The translations under genes and the position numbers were made by a program. Source: Tubulanus polymorphus (taxonomy: Eukaryota > Animalia > Nemertea). From it: DNA of 64,000 bases. Positions 37,101 to 52,200 of this stretch are shown one piece after another. The notes under the pieces are model-generated. The model ran no database searches, had not been told where the DNA came from, and saw only the letters and a program-made list of their open reading frames with translations. Location: NCBI RefSeq assembly GCF_964204645.1, contig NC_134026.1, positions 16,216,150-16,280,149 of the forward strand, given 5' to 3'. The stretch's first letter is position 1. Each line of letters opens with the position of its first letter.

Positions 37101-39368
37101 CCAACAGCTGAGGTTAAAGCAGACATTTTATTTTGGTCATGGCAGTTTGAGCATGGCCTTGCTGAGAAATAGAAAGTCCTAATTTGAAAGCTATAGGTCA
37201 CAAAGTAATCTTTTAACAAAGAGTGCTTGTTTGAAATACTCGACTTGCATTAAGTGCATTGCAATGAGGTTTCCCGTATCGATGCCTGGAGTCACTGACG
37301 CGTATTGTTGCGCATGTTATATATAAATGAGTTATATCAGGAAAATTTAACGATCGGCCGAATCGAATGATATCATTACTTTCATTCTATATTTTTCTAA
37401 TACAGGGATATGGAGTCAAATGTATGATTTAGTATGTGGCTGCTGATCATCGAATAGGGGTTTTCTGCAGTAATCATTCGAACTTAAGAGAATTATTGAA
37501 CTTATAACAACAAGCCATTGTCTAGAATTCGTACCTTACGTTAAACGAATTATGTAACCCTAAGCATTATTAACGAAATCGCTAGGCCTGAAGTGGAACT
37601 CAAGGATTCCAAATGAAATCTTACAAGGCTGGTGTAAGGATTCAAGGCCTAATATGATTCAAATCCATGACAACTGTCAGTAGAAAAACTCGAATGTCCT
37701 TCACGTAATAATCATAGGCTTTTGTGCGAACGCAGCAAGAGAACCATAGTAAGAAAAATATGGAAACAAACAACAATGCGGGCCGAATTGGTACCCCAAT
37801 GACGTTAACATGAACACACCGAAACGGCGTATTGATCTCAAGGATCAATTGGTATAGTATGGTACCATTTTTCAAATGAAGTAATTTAACGTTTTTAATT
37901 ATAAAGCGTGATTGGTATTCTCGTTAGACAGCGAGGGTTCCATCCCTTATACACCCGTAGTAGCATTCCATCCAAATCCGAATAATCATCGTTTATCCAT
38001 ACAGCATAGACAAGATCATCCTTCCATAACCAACCGTCCAATGCATGCGATTATTCACTAGATCAATATTTCCTCCAATAACCAATCAATAAAGATATAA
38101 TCAACCCAATCGTGAAATACATGAATATGATACGAACTTTCATGTCATGAATTGGACGTGCTCAATCCAATAACCAAATCAGTACAACAGAGAAAATATT
38201 TAAAGGAGAAAATCAGTAATAGACATTGAATGAAAGTTTATTACATGCCACCTTGCATTGTATTTCGCAAGGATAGTACTCGTTCAATATTTTTAGACGC
38301 ATTTATCGTAGACGTAGTAATACGTTCTATCGTTTGTTTACGTATCGCATTATACCATGAATTGTTTTCTTTCAATCCTAGTAATGTTGTTTGCACTTTA
38401 AGTGTAGAATTAGTTAACCCTCACTCACCTCTTATCTGCAAATTAAAATTCAAACTTCATCCAAAATAAACGTTTGAACAAAGATAACTAACCCAAGTAT
38501 TACATAACGGAGAATAAACCAGTAAAACATAGCTGCAAAGCAGTGATAACGGGTTTTCTGCATAGCTGCTCCTCTCATATTCGAACTGAAAGGATTTATC
38601 GAAATTTTTCAATGTCGGGAATTCGAACCCCAAGCGATTACTGAGCCACTATGTTAATTGATTATGTGCTCCAGAACATATCTAAATCGATGGAATAAAA
38701 TAAAATACAAAAAAGAAATACCACATAGTCAGTTAATATGAATCGATTCGATTCAGCATTTATTTCGGGAGTGTAATACGTATATGATATCAATTTTTCG
38801 TAAATCATACATACAATATGATTATTGATCAATAATTTAATGATTCGAACTTGGTGATATCATTCCACTCCCGCCAAAGCGCTAAAAAGAACTGGTTAGC
38901 TGAATAGAAGGATCCAACCCAAACTGGGGTACACGACCTCTGAAACCTACCACGTACCCGTTTTATGAGTGGAAGGCTGAGATTTAGTAGGGCTACCATC
39001 TTGTAAACGTTAAGAAGTGGCTCAAGTCATTGGATACGAAGCACAGCCCGCCGACTTCGCGACGCGATTTATCACAACAGCGGACTGTTAAAGCCGTAGC
39101 ACTTTATCAATGCACCGACGTCTATCGACGTTGGATGGCCATTATATATTATGGCTACACTGGCCGTTCTGACAGAAGCGCATAATATGAATGGTTGTAC
39201 ATTTCTGACGCATGTTTACGGATTGTTATGTTTTGTCATTGGAAGTTGTCATTGTCAAAATTGAGAAAGATTTTCATCTACGTTAAAGTGGAAAAAGACA
39301 CAATCAATATAGCTGCAAAGCGGCGATAAATAATTTTCTGCCTTGTTGAATGAAATGTTAGTAGGCCT

Positions 39369-39468
39369 AATATAAAGCATATGTCAGTTTCATAATATAA
39401 AAGCATACTTAAGTTTCATAATATAAAAGCATACTTAAGTTTCATGATATAAAGCATATATAAGTTTC
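39369..39468 (+). repeat. ~25-bp minisatellite, 4 copies
   Basis: taatataaagcatacttaagtttca units. Confidence 0.85.
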
Positions 39469-41109
39469 GTGGAAATAAGTCTATCAGTTCAGAATATACG
39501 GCTTCTTTGTAGGAGCGCCACCTATGGACCAACACGTGTACTAGCTGGTATGTGGATCTGTGGGATTGAATAATTTTTCGAAGAATCGGTTTAGGCCTAT
39601 ATTCACAACTGATTCGCATAGTTTTATTGGATGCTGACAGCTCTTTAAACGGTTCTAAATTGTCACAAAATGTGCTGGTATATCGAATATGCGTGGACGT
39701 TGGTTGAGTTACCACAAAATATGTATGCTGTCATCGGCATCGATTTCGGGCGTTTCGGATATTTCCAGATTATCAGATGCTATTAATCCTTCAATTGTAA
39801 CGACTGTAGCGGGATATCAATCAATAAACGAATTAGATGGTGACGGCAGTTCGGTAACACTGCTTACCGTTTCACAAGATGTATCGTTACCATCGCGTGC
39901 ATGACCGGAGGCCATCATTTTGTTTCTTTGCCCCTTTGAATGAATTAACTTGGACGAGAACAACCGTTCGACAGAAGGCAAATAAGTACAAACGCGCAAA
40001 ATGAACGAAAAGTGGCACATGTTGATATCAAGGCTACATGTGCCTACAATAATGTCTATAAATCCGGGCGGTGTCTTTGCTTAAACCTATAAACCTATCG
40101 TTCGAGTGGATGGTTTACGTGTGAATAAGGCACGGGCCAAATTTGACTCGGCGTGATCCGCGCTAGCTAACGGGGGAGGGAGGGGGGTGGGGGTGGTTAA
40201 CGTGGACCAACGACAGACTCCAATAATTTCCAAAAAGTGTTGATAATTGTGTTGGTCAAATGAAACAAATTTCCATGTTTTCTTTGCCGGTATTGATGAA
40301 ACATTCATTCCCTGCGCCACGTGACAGGTGAATTTAGATTATCCAGTTTCTTGTCTGAAAACGTGAGATGAGTCCTTTGCACAAGAAAGACGATGTGCAT
40401 CTCATGGGATTTTGATAGATGATGCAATCACTGTCGATAACATGGTAAATGAATGAGAGACGCTCCGAGCCGCTGTGTCGAGTCGAATTATCATGGCACG
40501 ATAGAAAAGATCAATGGTTTGCTTACGACGGTCTCAAACGGAAATCACTCAAAACTTCAAGTATATAGTAAACCTTACGAAAAAACAATATACATGTTTG
40601 ATACGTTGTACATAAAGAAGGCAACTAGGTGTAGATACAGACTCATACATCTAAGAGCAGCCATTGTCAATGTGTTAAAAAGAACTGGCAATGAATAACA
40701 ATAATATGCTGCGAATAATACATGTTAAGTCGGATAACATTGGCCCGGAAGTATGATATGTCCGAAAAAAATCCAACCAAGAACAATTCGGATTAAGGGA
40801 AGAAATCCGTATCTGAAAAAATTTAAAATCAAAATCTGATCTTTGAATAGAAAATGATGAAGCATCTTTTACCTGCCCATTTCGGATGCATTGCGTTCAT
40901 ACGTTTGATAAGTTAATGGAGGTAGGAACCACATGATATAACAAACGTTCGATTTAGAAAGTGTTATTTTCATTAGATAAGTATTTTGGGGATTCCGCTG
41001 TAGACGACGACTTAGCTTATCCAATTTAGAGCCAGAATTTATGAAAAAATTAATTGGAAAATTTCGGATTTTGTTATTTCAGCCCATTGTGAATTGAGAC
41101 CGATCGGAG

Positions 41110-41450
41110 GGGGGTAAAAATCCCAAAGTCTTCTAAATAGGCGAAAATCCCCATTTTTCAATAACATTTCAAAGCAAGATGTTTCTCCAATTTTATTCAG
41201 TTGCAATAAAACTACAATATATTTGAACTGTCCAATAAACTCTTTTGTTGCGATAAATTCTCGGAGTTAACTACATAAATTGTTATAATTAGTAGAATTA
41301 ATGAACTTTATATTTGTAATATTTCTAAATATATAATAACTCTTTTTAACTTGTGGTATAGAATGTGAATATGTTGACCTCAAAATTGTATACTTGCACT
41401 CCAAGTCAAAAGGTGGGGGGTTTTTACCTATTTTGAAGAATTCGGGATGT
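41110..41450. mobile_element. MITE-like repeat, with a partial second copy at ~42843-43045
   Basis: Inverted ends atcccaaagtcttctaaataggcgaaaatcccc / ggggtttttacctattttgaagaattcgggat. The interior is shared with 42843-43045. Confidence 0.6.
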
Positions 41451-43249
41451 ATTGATGACGTTTTGTTGTAAGACCACCTCGAGCAACGTCGTCGAGGTGG
41501 TTACTTCTTGGACTTTAGATCACAAGATGTAGGGTATGATAAGAAATCAATCCGATTCGCAATTCTATCGCGTCAATCACATACTGAGCCAATACTTGTA
41601 TGAGGAGTTTCTGCGTGAGATGCGAATGCATGTTCATTCTTTTTTCGATCGTTGTCGTCAGAGCTGTGTGCTCTCGGATACTGGTTCGATGAACAAGATT
41701 ACCGAAACACGAGGAACATGAATCATCTGCCACTAGTGACACCGGAAATTCCAACTATAATTAGCTTAGTTACGTTCTCATAAATAAAAACTATAATTTA
41801 TGTGGTAATGCGTATAATTAGACGTCCTAAGACATTGCTTCGACAGAAAAAATTCTATCCTCGCCCTTAATATGATTTCAGATTAAATATTTTCCATCGT
41901 GCCCAGCGCCAAATATATTTTTGCGATTTCAGGGCCTACGTTAATAAAGAATACATTAGAATACAGTACTCTAGTCAGCACATATAACCAGCGGAATCAT
42001 TGCTATTAGACCGTATCTTGGAATGAGCGTTGACTTGTTCGTTTTACGATTCGTATAGGTTAACGATTTCACAACTGCAGTCGTGCGATTACGAGATCCG
42101 TTTCGTTTAACATGAATTATTAAAGAATACATCGATCTTCATAGAAAACGACTAAACTTTACGATATGCAACTCTTGGAAATTTAATGGTATGAGCGTTG
42201 CGACGGAATTCAATTCCCAGTCAGTGATTTACGATCCATACATCTGGCACAAGGTGCGTGCATTCTCGCTGACTAGGCGCTTACCTCATCAATTGGATCG
42301 AGAGTAATCAATAGATATATTCATATATCTATATATTATAATAAAAATCAATTTCAACCTATTAATGGCATTCAATACCCAATACGATATTGTTCGAGAC
42401 ATGAAAGGGCAGTGAATATCGAGTAGCCGAGGTGGGACACTACAACGTTCCAAGTCAGTGCCATGTTTGGTCGACCTTTCGCAGCTGAATGAGACGCTGT
42501 TATTGCATTGCTTTAGTATTGAGCCATGTCATTACAACAGTTATTCTGAAATACGCAATCATGGTTCAAACGTCGTTGAAGCGACACAGTAGCAGACGTT
42601 TCGTCGAAAGTAACTATTTTTGTCATTCAAACTCATAGGACAGGTGACTTCAACGTAGGTAATACCTACGTTGAAATCTACATTTTGGAACCAAAGCATT
42701 CATCATTGAATGACCATCTCTTGATACTGTGGATATAAAAATGTCTGGTGTGTGTAGTACATTTCCGGAAGAGGTCCTGAACTCGATATACTGTATTCCG
42801 ATTTTCAGCGATTTTTACTAATGAGCTTAGAATGGTCTAATGTAGGTAAAAATCGCAAAATCTTCGTAGTAGGTAAATACCCCCACTTGAGCAATTTTTC
42901 AACAACACTTCAATGCCAAGATATTTCTCCAATTCTATTCATTTGCAAAAAAAACTGGAAAGTTTTAACTGTGCAATAGACTCATTCGTTTGGGATAAAC
43001 CTTGGAATTAGCTAAATATGTTAGAATTAATGGGATTAATGAACCTTTTATTTGTGATAAAAACAGTCCGATATTCCATATTCTTACTCAAATATTATTG
43101 CCTACAAAAAATAATTTGCGTAGAGCAAAAAGTACAAATTTACAAAAATTGTTCTAACAAGATGGTAAATAGAACAATACATCGAAAAGTATTTAAGCCT
43201 TTTCTAATATAAAGAACTAAGTTCTTCCTGTAGAATTCATAAGTTGGTA

Positions 43250-45050
43250 GAGTTTTAAATGACTTGGTCCAATTCTCTAAAATAAGGTATTATGAGCGCT
43301 GCACCCATGTCATTGAAAAAGGGACAAATCAACACAAAATGGTATTTGTCTTCAAGTCCGGCTCCGTTGCATTTAGCACATATTCTCTCTTCTTGCGGGG
43401 TACGATCGATCCACTTCGATCAGTAACACATGATTTGAACAGCGGAATCGCCCAACTGAAATCCGTAAGTCAGTGGCAAGTCTGCGAGAAAGTTGTTTTG
43501 AATAATTTGTAACTATCAGCAACTCGAGTTTGATTATATAAAGCTTGCCATGTTTGTATATATGGATCTTTTAGGTGGAGGGAGAGAATATGTGTTAAAT
43601 ATTAGTCTGGGCTTGGGGAGTTCTCAGCTATCCAGAAATCTCCAAGACCAGTTCCTTCCAAAGTGTCGCGTAAAAATGATAACCACTTATTTCCATTGCC
43701 ATTTTCATAAGATTCATACAATGCTTCGTGCGTATACGATGATGATTTACCTCCAATCTTCAATTCGGCCCAAAATACAACCACTCTGCATTTAACTATA
43801 ATTTTGATAGGGTAACGACCAAGTTCTCCATACACAAATTCTGTTGGGGTAGTTTTCCTTAGTTTCAAAAGGTACTTGGAAAATAATATAGATAGATTTT
43901 CGTTCCCCCAAATTTCAGAGCATAAAGATAAAACAGGTTTAACCATACTGTCATATAGCTGCAGTGCCAAGTCTTCATCAAGGGAGTGTTGTTTAACCTT
44001 TTTTTTAATACAAAATACACCGCTTTTAGCGCATTTGCAGACACCGTTTTACGACTAAGAGTCAATTTTTCATTGTAACTAAAAGTGCTACCAAGATACC
44101 TGAAACGTTCAACTGATTCAATTAAGTTACCATCAGCATACACTAGGCGGCTTTTTCTTTGGAAAACAATGACACTTGTTTTATCGTAATTTATTAATAG
44201 ATTCCACCGGCACGATATTCTGTTAACTTAGTTACCACTGTTTGTAATTCATTTGGACAAGTAATACCGAATCGTCAGCGTATAAAAGGATAAGTATTTA
44301 AACCATAGCGTGTTGTCATCAGTTGGATAGTTAATTCCAGTACACCCGTTGTTCAATAAGTGAGCTTCCATGTCATGTACAAAGATGGAAAAAAGTACAG
44401 GTGAGAGATTCTCGCCTCGTCTGTGAAGCTCTTTAAAAAACCAGATGAATCTCCATTTACACTAACACGGGACACTTTTTATTTGTATATGCATTAGATA
44501 TCAATTGAAGGATTTTCCCAGTGACTCCCGTTTGGATGAGTTTATGCTAAAGAGCTTTGCGCCATGTGGTATCGAAACACTTTTTAAAGTCTATAAAGAT
44601 ACAATAAGATTTTTTTCCGCAGGCGAAAAACATATCTACTAAACCTTTAAGCGTAAATATATGTTCCAAGATCCTATGGTCTTTTCGGAATCCTGCCTAG
44701 TTTTCGGAAAGTAAGTTATTAGTTTCCAGAAATTCTTGGAGGCATACGGTCGAACAGCTTACCCAGACAACTTAACAAGGTGATTCCTCGATAATTATCT
44801 GGGTCACCAGTGCTACCCTTCCCTTTATAAATGGGGATTATGGTTCCTATTGACCAACTATCTGGGATAAAACCTGTATCGAGAACATTGTTAAACAATA
44901 ACACCAACTAGGGCTGTTTTCAATATTTCGTTGGTAATTATGTCTTTTCCTGGGGACTTAATAATAGACATAATTTTTTAAAGCATTAGTACTTTTTTGA
45001 ATTTCATCTGGTGTGAAATGCCGATTTAGTGCATTATCACCTATACCAAT
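43250..45050 (-). pseudogene. Decayed LINE ORF2 (RT and C-terminal region)
   Basis: Motifs IIPIYKGKG..DPDNYRGITLLSCLGKLF, AGFRK, YADD (~44272-44283), FRYLG and YGELGRYP. Confidence 0.9.
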
Positions 45051-46575
45051 ATAGTCCGCGGTATCGTGTAAAGGCTCGCCTTCGTTGTCTGTATATTCTG
45101 GGTCTTGACGTATCGGCCCCACTCCGCGCGGTTGCGCCACCACGCGGTATTTATGCGAAGCAGCAGAACACAAACATGGCCACTCTCTCAATTTTCAATG
45201 ATAGAAATCGTGTGTGCATTTCAATTATTTCGGCTGTTAGGGTTTTAATGCACAATATGAGTTGATGATGTGATATGGCGATGTTAATTAATGATAATTC
45301 CGCAGTGAAGCTAGTCACGAACGGTGCCGATTGAGTGTACAGCTGCCAAAAACACTGAAATGTGCGTAGTTGCGTAACTATTTGCAGTGAATTGCAGGCG
45401 AAACATGAAGTCTTAACGGCCGTTTAAAAAAAATTATACAAATCGCAATTGTAAAATAAAAATGATATAGAACCTAAGTTAAAATTCTGACCATTTCTAA
45501 AATGTTATTACTAATTTGTAGTCAGTGCGGAACGTTTAGTTTTCCAACAATAATGAGGGTTGGTAGGTAGTCATGCAATTCAAGTCATCATTTATTACAC
45601 GTTACTTCCGTGTTGTTGAAAATCTCGCGAGTCCTGGACCAAACCCCAATGAACAATGTGATTTGTGTGCTGGCCACAAATGCACACAGATCACACTACA
45701 CTACCCATTACACACTCCAGTACCCACAGCTTTCATATATCCATCCAAATATTTAGTGGCTTTCTTCCTGGGTTCAGTCTAGTATAGAAATGAAATAAGT
45801 CTTGTAGTGAGGCCTTGCAATTTGTGCTTCTTCGTTTGCTGAACAGTTTCCAATATTCTTTTGGCTTGGCGTAACGCATCAGCCTCAGTGAATCAATGAA
45901 ACGTTGTCTATCTAACCGTCGGTTTATTTTAGTTTAATTTTTTTTTATAGAGGCGGAACGCCCGATTCATTTCAAGCTTACGTGCTATTGGCCGTGCGGA
46001 CTCTATAATAGTATCGACGGTAATTAAGTTAGCTTGTCTTTAAGTTTTCATTATAGATATAAGTTCTTTTCCTAGGTATATTAACAGTTAACTTTTGGGT
46101 CCCCATAGACGATTTAGCAGTTTTGATCAGGAAATAACACAAAAAGAGATTCGCATTTCCAACGTAGATGGTTCCGTTAATTAGATTACTATTCAAGTTA
46201 TTAAATATATTTTCCCTATTTTTCAGTTGATCCCTGAATGAGCTACCTTTTTCTTTTCGCCTATTAATTTTGACGGTTGTTACATTTTTGATTGGTGTGA
46301 TTTCAGTTTGTGTGGCCCTTCTAGTGACGGAGCATACAATAGCTGCGTGTACGTATGAGCAAAGCTTCAAAACCCTATACCTGGAAGTCAGTAACATTTT
46401 CAAACATCTCAGAGGACACAATAAGATAATCAACCAAGTGTTCGGTTTTACCTTTGAAACACGTAGCTCTATCCGTGTTATTTATTCTACCCCATGGTAT
46501 TTAATTTACAAGATTGACCCAATAACCTTAAACCATTATTCGTATTGACATCTGGGCTAGACCGTCTTGAAATAC

Positions 46576-47418
46576 CTAAACTTTCCAATTCAAAAACGGC
46601 TTGTTCATTTTTTTCAAACTGACATCGGTTGTAGCCAGGGTCCCGCCTTTTTCTCGCTCTGTAACATTCGTTTGCAAATCTTCATTGTTCGGCAATGGTA
46701 GAGCGCTTTCCGTTATCTTCGGCGGTGTCCGAGTTGCTATAGTCGTCTGCTGACTCTGGTCGTTCCTTCTGCTACTGGCTACTGCCGGCAATGTGATGGG
46801 GGCTGGTTGTCCCCGTTTCTTTCTTCTTTGGTCGTCGGTAACAGTTACCTTCAATTCGCATTCGAAAACTTTGTAGATCGATCCGTTGTGTAAAGTTACG
46901 TACGCCACTGCCTCTGGATTGGCTGCTCTGATTGCGTTTAATCTTTCGAACAGAAGTTTGCGTTTTGCCCTTATCTCGGTTGGTAAGTTTTCGGGAGTTC
47001 TAATAGCTTGATTGGTGCTGGCAAATCGTGCTTTATATACAAATTGCCCGTCTTTGAAATCTCGAAACTTCGCTGTAATTAAGCGAGTATCGCCGCTATT
47101 ACTGGGGTTTCTATGAACCCGCTGAAACACTATTTCGTCGACGTGTTCTTGGGGAATTTTATAATAGTCTACCAAAGTTTTTCTCACAACAGCCTCCGTA
47201 TCCTCTTTCGCAAGTTCACCTAGTGCACCGATGAATACGAGATTATCTCTCCTTGATCGCACTTCCTGGTCAATAAGTTTATTCTCTATTTCTTCCCGCA
47301 AAGATCTAAACTTACGGTTCATTTTAGTCTCCGGCGCTTTTTCAGGCCTGATTTCGATCAGAACATTCTTAAACGAGACTGAGTCTTCATCCGGTTCAGG
47401 ATCAGAGCCACGACTCAT
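46576..47418 (-). CDS. LINE ORF1 protein (L1-type RRM/CTD, Transposase_22-like)
   Basis: Motifs RSRRDNLVFIG, FQRVHR, RLITAKF and ENLPTEIRAKRKLL. It lies upstream of, and co-oriented with, the 43250-46480 ORF2 remnants. Confidence 0.82.
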   Translation of the reverse strand: MSRGSDPEPDEDSVSFKNVLIEIRPEKAPETKMNRKFRSLREEIENKLIDQEVRSRRDNLVFIGALGELAKEDTEAVVRKTLVDYYKIPQEHVDEIVFQRVHRNPSNSGDTRLITAKFRDFKDGQFVYKARFASTNQAIRTPENLPTEIRAKRKLLFERLNAIRAANPEAVAYVTLHNGSIYKVFECELKVTVTDDQRRKKRGQPAPITLPAVASSRRNDQSQQTTIATRTPPKITESALPLPNNEDLQTNVTEREKGGTLATTDVSLKKMNKPFLNWKV

Positions 47419-49128
47419 ATTGCTATCACTAACATCGTCAGCGGAAGAAATCAGGTCACTAACTTTGATTGCCTTTTTAATCGGTGTCCTGCTTACGGCG
47501 GACGTAGACCCGCTCGAACGTCGGAGCTTCGACGTTTTTTCAGGCGGGGTTTTGTCGGCAACCTTTCCTAAATAAATCCAACTTTATTCGTGAGTTCGCC
47601 GGCGTGACATCCTCACGCTGCCATCTTGTATATTCAGAACACGGGTACTCGGGTACGCTAAAGAAGTTTCCAGTTTCTAGGCGCCATTTTGTGGCGGTCC
47701 CTCGAGGTCCCCATTGTTGCGATAATTAGCGCTCATTTTTAAAACATAAGTTTAGATTGAATATCATATAGTTCTGCAGCCCCTTGCTCGACGAAATCAA
47801 TTTATACACCATTTTAAAGGAAATGAAATGCAGATATTTGCTGGCGATTCTTGGAATTTTTGAACGCAACAATTGAGAACAGTGACGATGTGAAACCAAG
47901 GACCGCATATCTTAACCGCGCGTAAAAGAAATCGCAATATTTATTAATTTTAAAATATCTAAGTATCTCTTAAAGCTATATTTCCTATTTTCATAGAGGT
48001 TAAAGAGGGTTATTTGCAGTTTAAGCCTGCGTTGATTTTTTTTTGAATATCTTTCCTGACGACTGATCTGTAACCGCTTGAGTTTGAGATTACGCGCAAA
48101 AGGGGTCTCTGTCAATTGAATATAACTAAAGGCGAGTGAAATTTCAGTGTTTCATTGATAGTTGATAGTTGACGACAGTATTGTAAGTTGAACAAAATTG
48201 CTGAGGGCGGTGTCACGATCTACTGCTTTTTCACAAATTGAGATTATTCCTAGACAGTGATAGCCTGCGATTATGAAACGTAATGAACAGTTTAATGAGG
48301 TCATAAATATTTAAACTGTGAAAACTAACTCAACTGCTGTGCAAAGAAGGACTGATTAAACAAAAATTGCTCGTGAGCATAAACATTTCAAACTATCCCC
48401 GTTCATTCTGCAATCGCTAACAGGAAATTAGACTAACGAAATGCACCAATGTTCACTGTGATTGAGGCGATACAATATTCTTTTATGTCGCACTTTTGCA
48501 CCCAGCTCGTATAGTTTTACTTAAGTCGGAGTATGCTCCGATGAACTATATTATCTAAGAGGTCTATTATCTATTAGGTCTAAGAGATCCATCATTTTTG
48601 ATTTAAGACTTCCCCTGAATATCCAAGATAGTTCAACGGAATTCACCTGGGAGAGATCATCAGAAAATTGGAAATCTTTAATTTTCTTATTAATTTGTTA
48701 GCAAAATATTTCAGGTATCTCAATGTGATCTTTCCAAGAATAGAATTTCAGCGCGGTCTTCACATGAAGCCTCATAATCGTCTTTTGTCTTGGTTTGTTT
48801 AGGGATTTCTGAACATTCGGAAGACCATTTTGTCATCTCTTGATTATTATTAGGGTTTTCTGATCATTCGCCAACGTTATTGCTATTCCATGAATTGATG
48901 TCAATCTGCTTTTTCCTGGACACCTCTTACAAAACATGTATTACTTACCGCCCATTATTAATATCATCGTTTACACATCGTAGATCTTACCCCGCTGAAT
49001 GAAACAAGTCAAGTGTAAATTCAATTTGTGTCGCAAATTTTACACATTTGGCCGAGCGATTAAAACGATGATTAAGTGGCAGCTATAATAGATCCCTACG
49101 GGACTGTCCTAAAAACATTTCAGTGTTA

Positions 49129-49201
49129 AGGCGGGCGTAGGTCGGCCTTGCGACGCGATGCGACGATCGCGTCGAGTCGCAAGGCCGACCTACGCCCGGC
49201 T
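49129..49201. mobile_element. Tiny palindromic Harbinger-like MITE; a related end is at ~13280-13306
   Basis: aggcgggcgtaggtcggccttgcgac...gtcgcaaggccgacctacgcccggct between taa/tta. Confidence 0.6.
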
Positions 49202-52200
49202 TTAGAAAATATAACAACAATCATTGTAGTAATAGATTATGCGAGGAATTAGGTAAAGCCAAACATGGCTTAACCTAGTCCTAATCCTTCGACCACTCAT
49301 ATGCACTCGTTACCAGAAAGTTAGGATTCATACATACAAATGGAAAAGCATGCAATGGGTTTCAATCAATAGTTTCAACTAAGAAATTTATAGAGAGTAT
49401 TTTTAAAAGCTTGTGGCGATTGTGGGCATTTGATGCTTGTAGTCAGCTCGTCCGGCGTCCGTCTTAACTATTAGCTCCCTCTTCTTTTAACTTGACATAA
49501 TGTTTGTTTCGATTAGTTATGCACCTGCGTTTTATTTTGTGGTATGGGATCCAAGATGGCTGACTGGCGGCCTGGATGCTCATTGCATAAAAAAGAAGCT
49601 GTCACATGAATCAAAATGATTCATATTTAACGAAGGTATCGTGCAGATATTTAGATGTTGGAATGATAAGCCCCTGCGCAAAGTTTCAAGGTCACGTCAT
49701 ATTCCATGTATCCACCAGGGTAGTGCCAAATACTTGAAAATGCGAGAAATTTCAGATCACCTTGCAAACGTAATTCATTTCAAAACAAAGATATGTTGAA
49801 GATATGTAGCCCATGGAATGATACGCCCCTGTGAAAATTTTCAAGGTCACGTGATTTTCACTTTGGCCACCAGGGGTTGCTGCATACATGAAAAAGAGGC
49901 GATTCCGGATTAACTTCTAAACGAAGCAGAATTTCATAATGATGTGTTGCCGATATTTGGTCTATGGCCTCGAGGGGTAGAGAATATCGCACGGCTTCCA
50001 GGGGTAAGAGTGTATTGCCTTTTAGGAACATTTTCAAAATTTAAGTGTGGACGGAATGCGCCGAATGGTGGTTCTTGTTTTTACATTCGAATCAATCGAG
50101 ATCGAGGTTAAATTTTATTTCATAATATTTCAGGCGCAATGTTGACATTTTGTTTCAACAGATCGATAGTTTCGAGTTTCTTTGATTACATTTGTGAATG
50201 ACCCCGATCCGTCTCCGTACACACTAGAGACATCGCGCACTACCGCGCATTTCCTGGTTTGTTTACGGGTGTATATACACGGTATTTCTGCTCATTGAAG
50301 GTAAGATATTCTATGAGTTATGATTGTCATTGGTCCTAAATGCCCCGAAAATGTCTACTACAGCAGGATGTTAGCACGGGACGGAGAGAATATCAAAACC
50401 TCTATCTACTACGATGTGATTACAATTCAATTCAATGCAATTTAATTGATCTTAAACATTGAGAGCGAATCACCACATCGACTCATCGAAGCCGGAAATA
50501 ATCAATTTTTTCGTAAAACACATTTCAACTAATATTGTAAGACACAACTTCTGATATAATTAGGCCTAGCTCATATACCATCGTTACGATAAGATACGGT
50601 ATCTTTTGATATGAATATTATTATCGAAAAATGAATATGATTATTGGAATTGGGTAATTTGCCGTTAGATTTTGATCGCTCCTTTAAAGGTTTGAAAGGT
50701 GATGTGTATGTCGATTTTCCTCTTCCCCTCTTGCCACCGGCCCTTGCAATAAGACAAGCATCTAATCCAAAACATTTTTAGACCTAACAAGTTTAAACAA
50801 CCTATTAGTTAATGGTCAGGTGAGCTACAAGACCACTGGTCTTTTATTATCTTTTATAAAATTCTTTATAATGCCTATAGTATATATTGTGTCGCCCTCG
50901 TCAGAATTTCAAGGTCTTGTTTAGCATTTTCATTTGAACTTCTTTGAAGAAAATAAATATGACCATCACGCTCCCTCGTGAACTTTTTCTGAATACTGAC
51001 GAGAACCCAATTTTGTGCGGCCTTATTTTGTCGTCAAGGCAACGGTGTAGTATCTATTCATAAGTTTTGATCTTTTGTCCAAAAAACAGACGTCTACTTT
51101 TACTAAGAGGCTACTTGGAGCACTAACTAAATGTCAACACATGTACTTGATTTGAGGATCACTATAGGCTTCTAAGTACAAAGTCCTGATGTACCACGTT
51201 TAGTCAAAATGTTTTAGGATTGCGAAGATATGGTCTTTTCGCTATATTGTCCCCCTGGCGGTAATTGTATAATAAACCATTTTACAGTTGCTAGCCGCCA
51301 TTTTGTTAGGGTACTTTTTTCCCGTATTGTTGGGTCATTTTTTTCCCTTTTTTAAAAACTATCTGTGATGCGTGTTGTATCATATTTCATCTGTCCATGG
51401 ATGGATTTTGACAGTTTCAGCAACAATCAAACCGCGTGAATCTCTTGTTTTCAGTTATGTAAAAATCATTTTTTAAATTTGCAACAATGCGACATGAGAG
51501 CGATATAAAAATTGGCGGTCAGTTTTTGCCGTGCGCATAGAAATCAAGGTTACTGAACTTTGAAGTTCGTTATTTTCAGAAATAATTTTCTAAAAAATCT
51601 AAACATTTCAAGAACTGTGCGCATAAATGCCCCCTTTCAGGTGAACTTTGAAATTTTAAGATATCTTGCCTAGTTTTTTTTCTATGGCTCTTTAACTGCA
51701 GCGCGTGTATTGTCATTCCGAGATTCGGCGCTGTTTTCTTTGCGTGTATTTCAGTATATGGGTGTTATTTTTTCATTTTTACTACACTTGTCTCTACGAA
51801 AAATGGTTTTAATATGAGTTATGTTCAAATCCCATTATTTGCAGGCTATTTCATCGGAAAATAGTTAACGATTCCGTTGACTGGCTGCCAGCTACAACCT
51901 GCAGCAGCAATCAGAATCAAGTAGGAAAAAGAGACCACCTAGGCGAACTTCGGTTATCGAAGTTAGTCGACTTTTTTTGCGAACCTTTTTCAGAACGAAT
52001 ACTATCAGTTGAATTTGAGCACATTCGCGGTAGGTCGAACCGTATCATCGATTAAGACATAATGCATGTTAATCAACATTTGGATTAAGATTAATGTGAG
52101 TAAATTTCGTGTCATGATTTTAGTATATATTTTTTTCAGATAGATGTAGTCCCCTAGGTTCACATGAACATTTGAAAGAAGGATTGAACATTTAAAAGAA

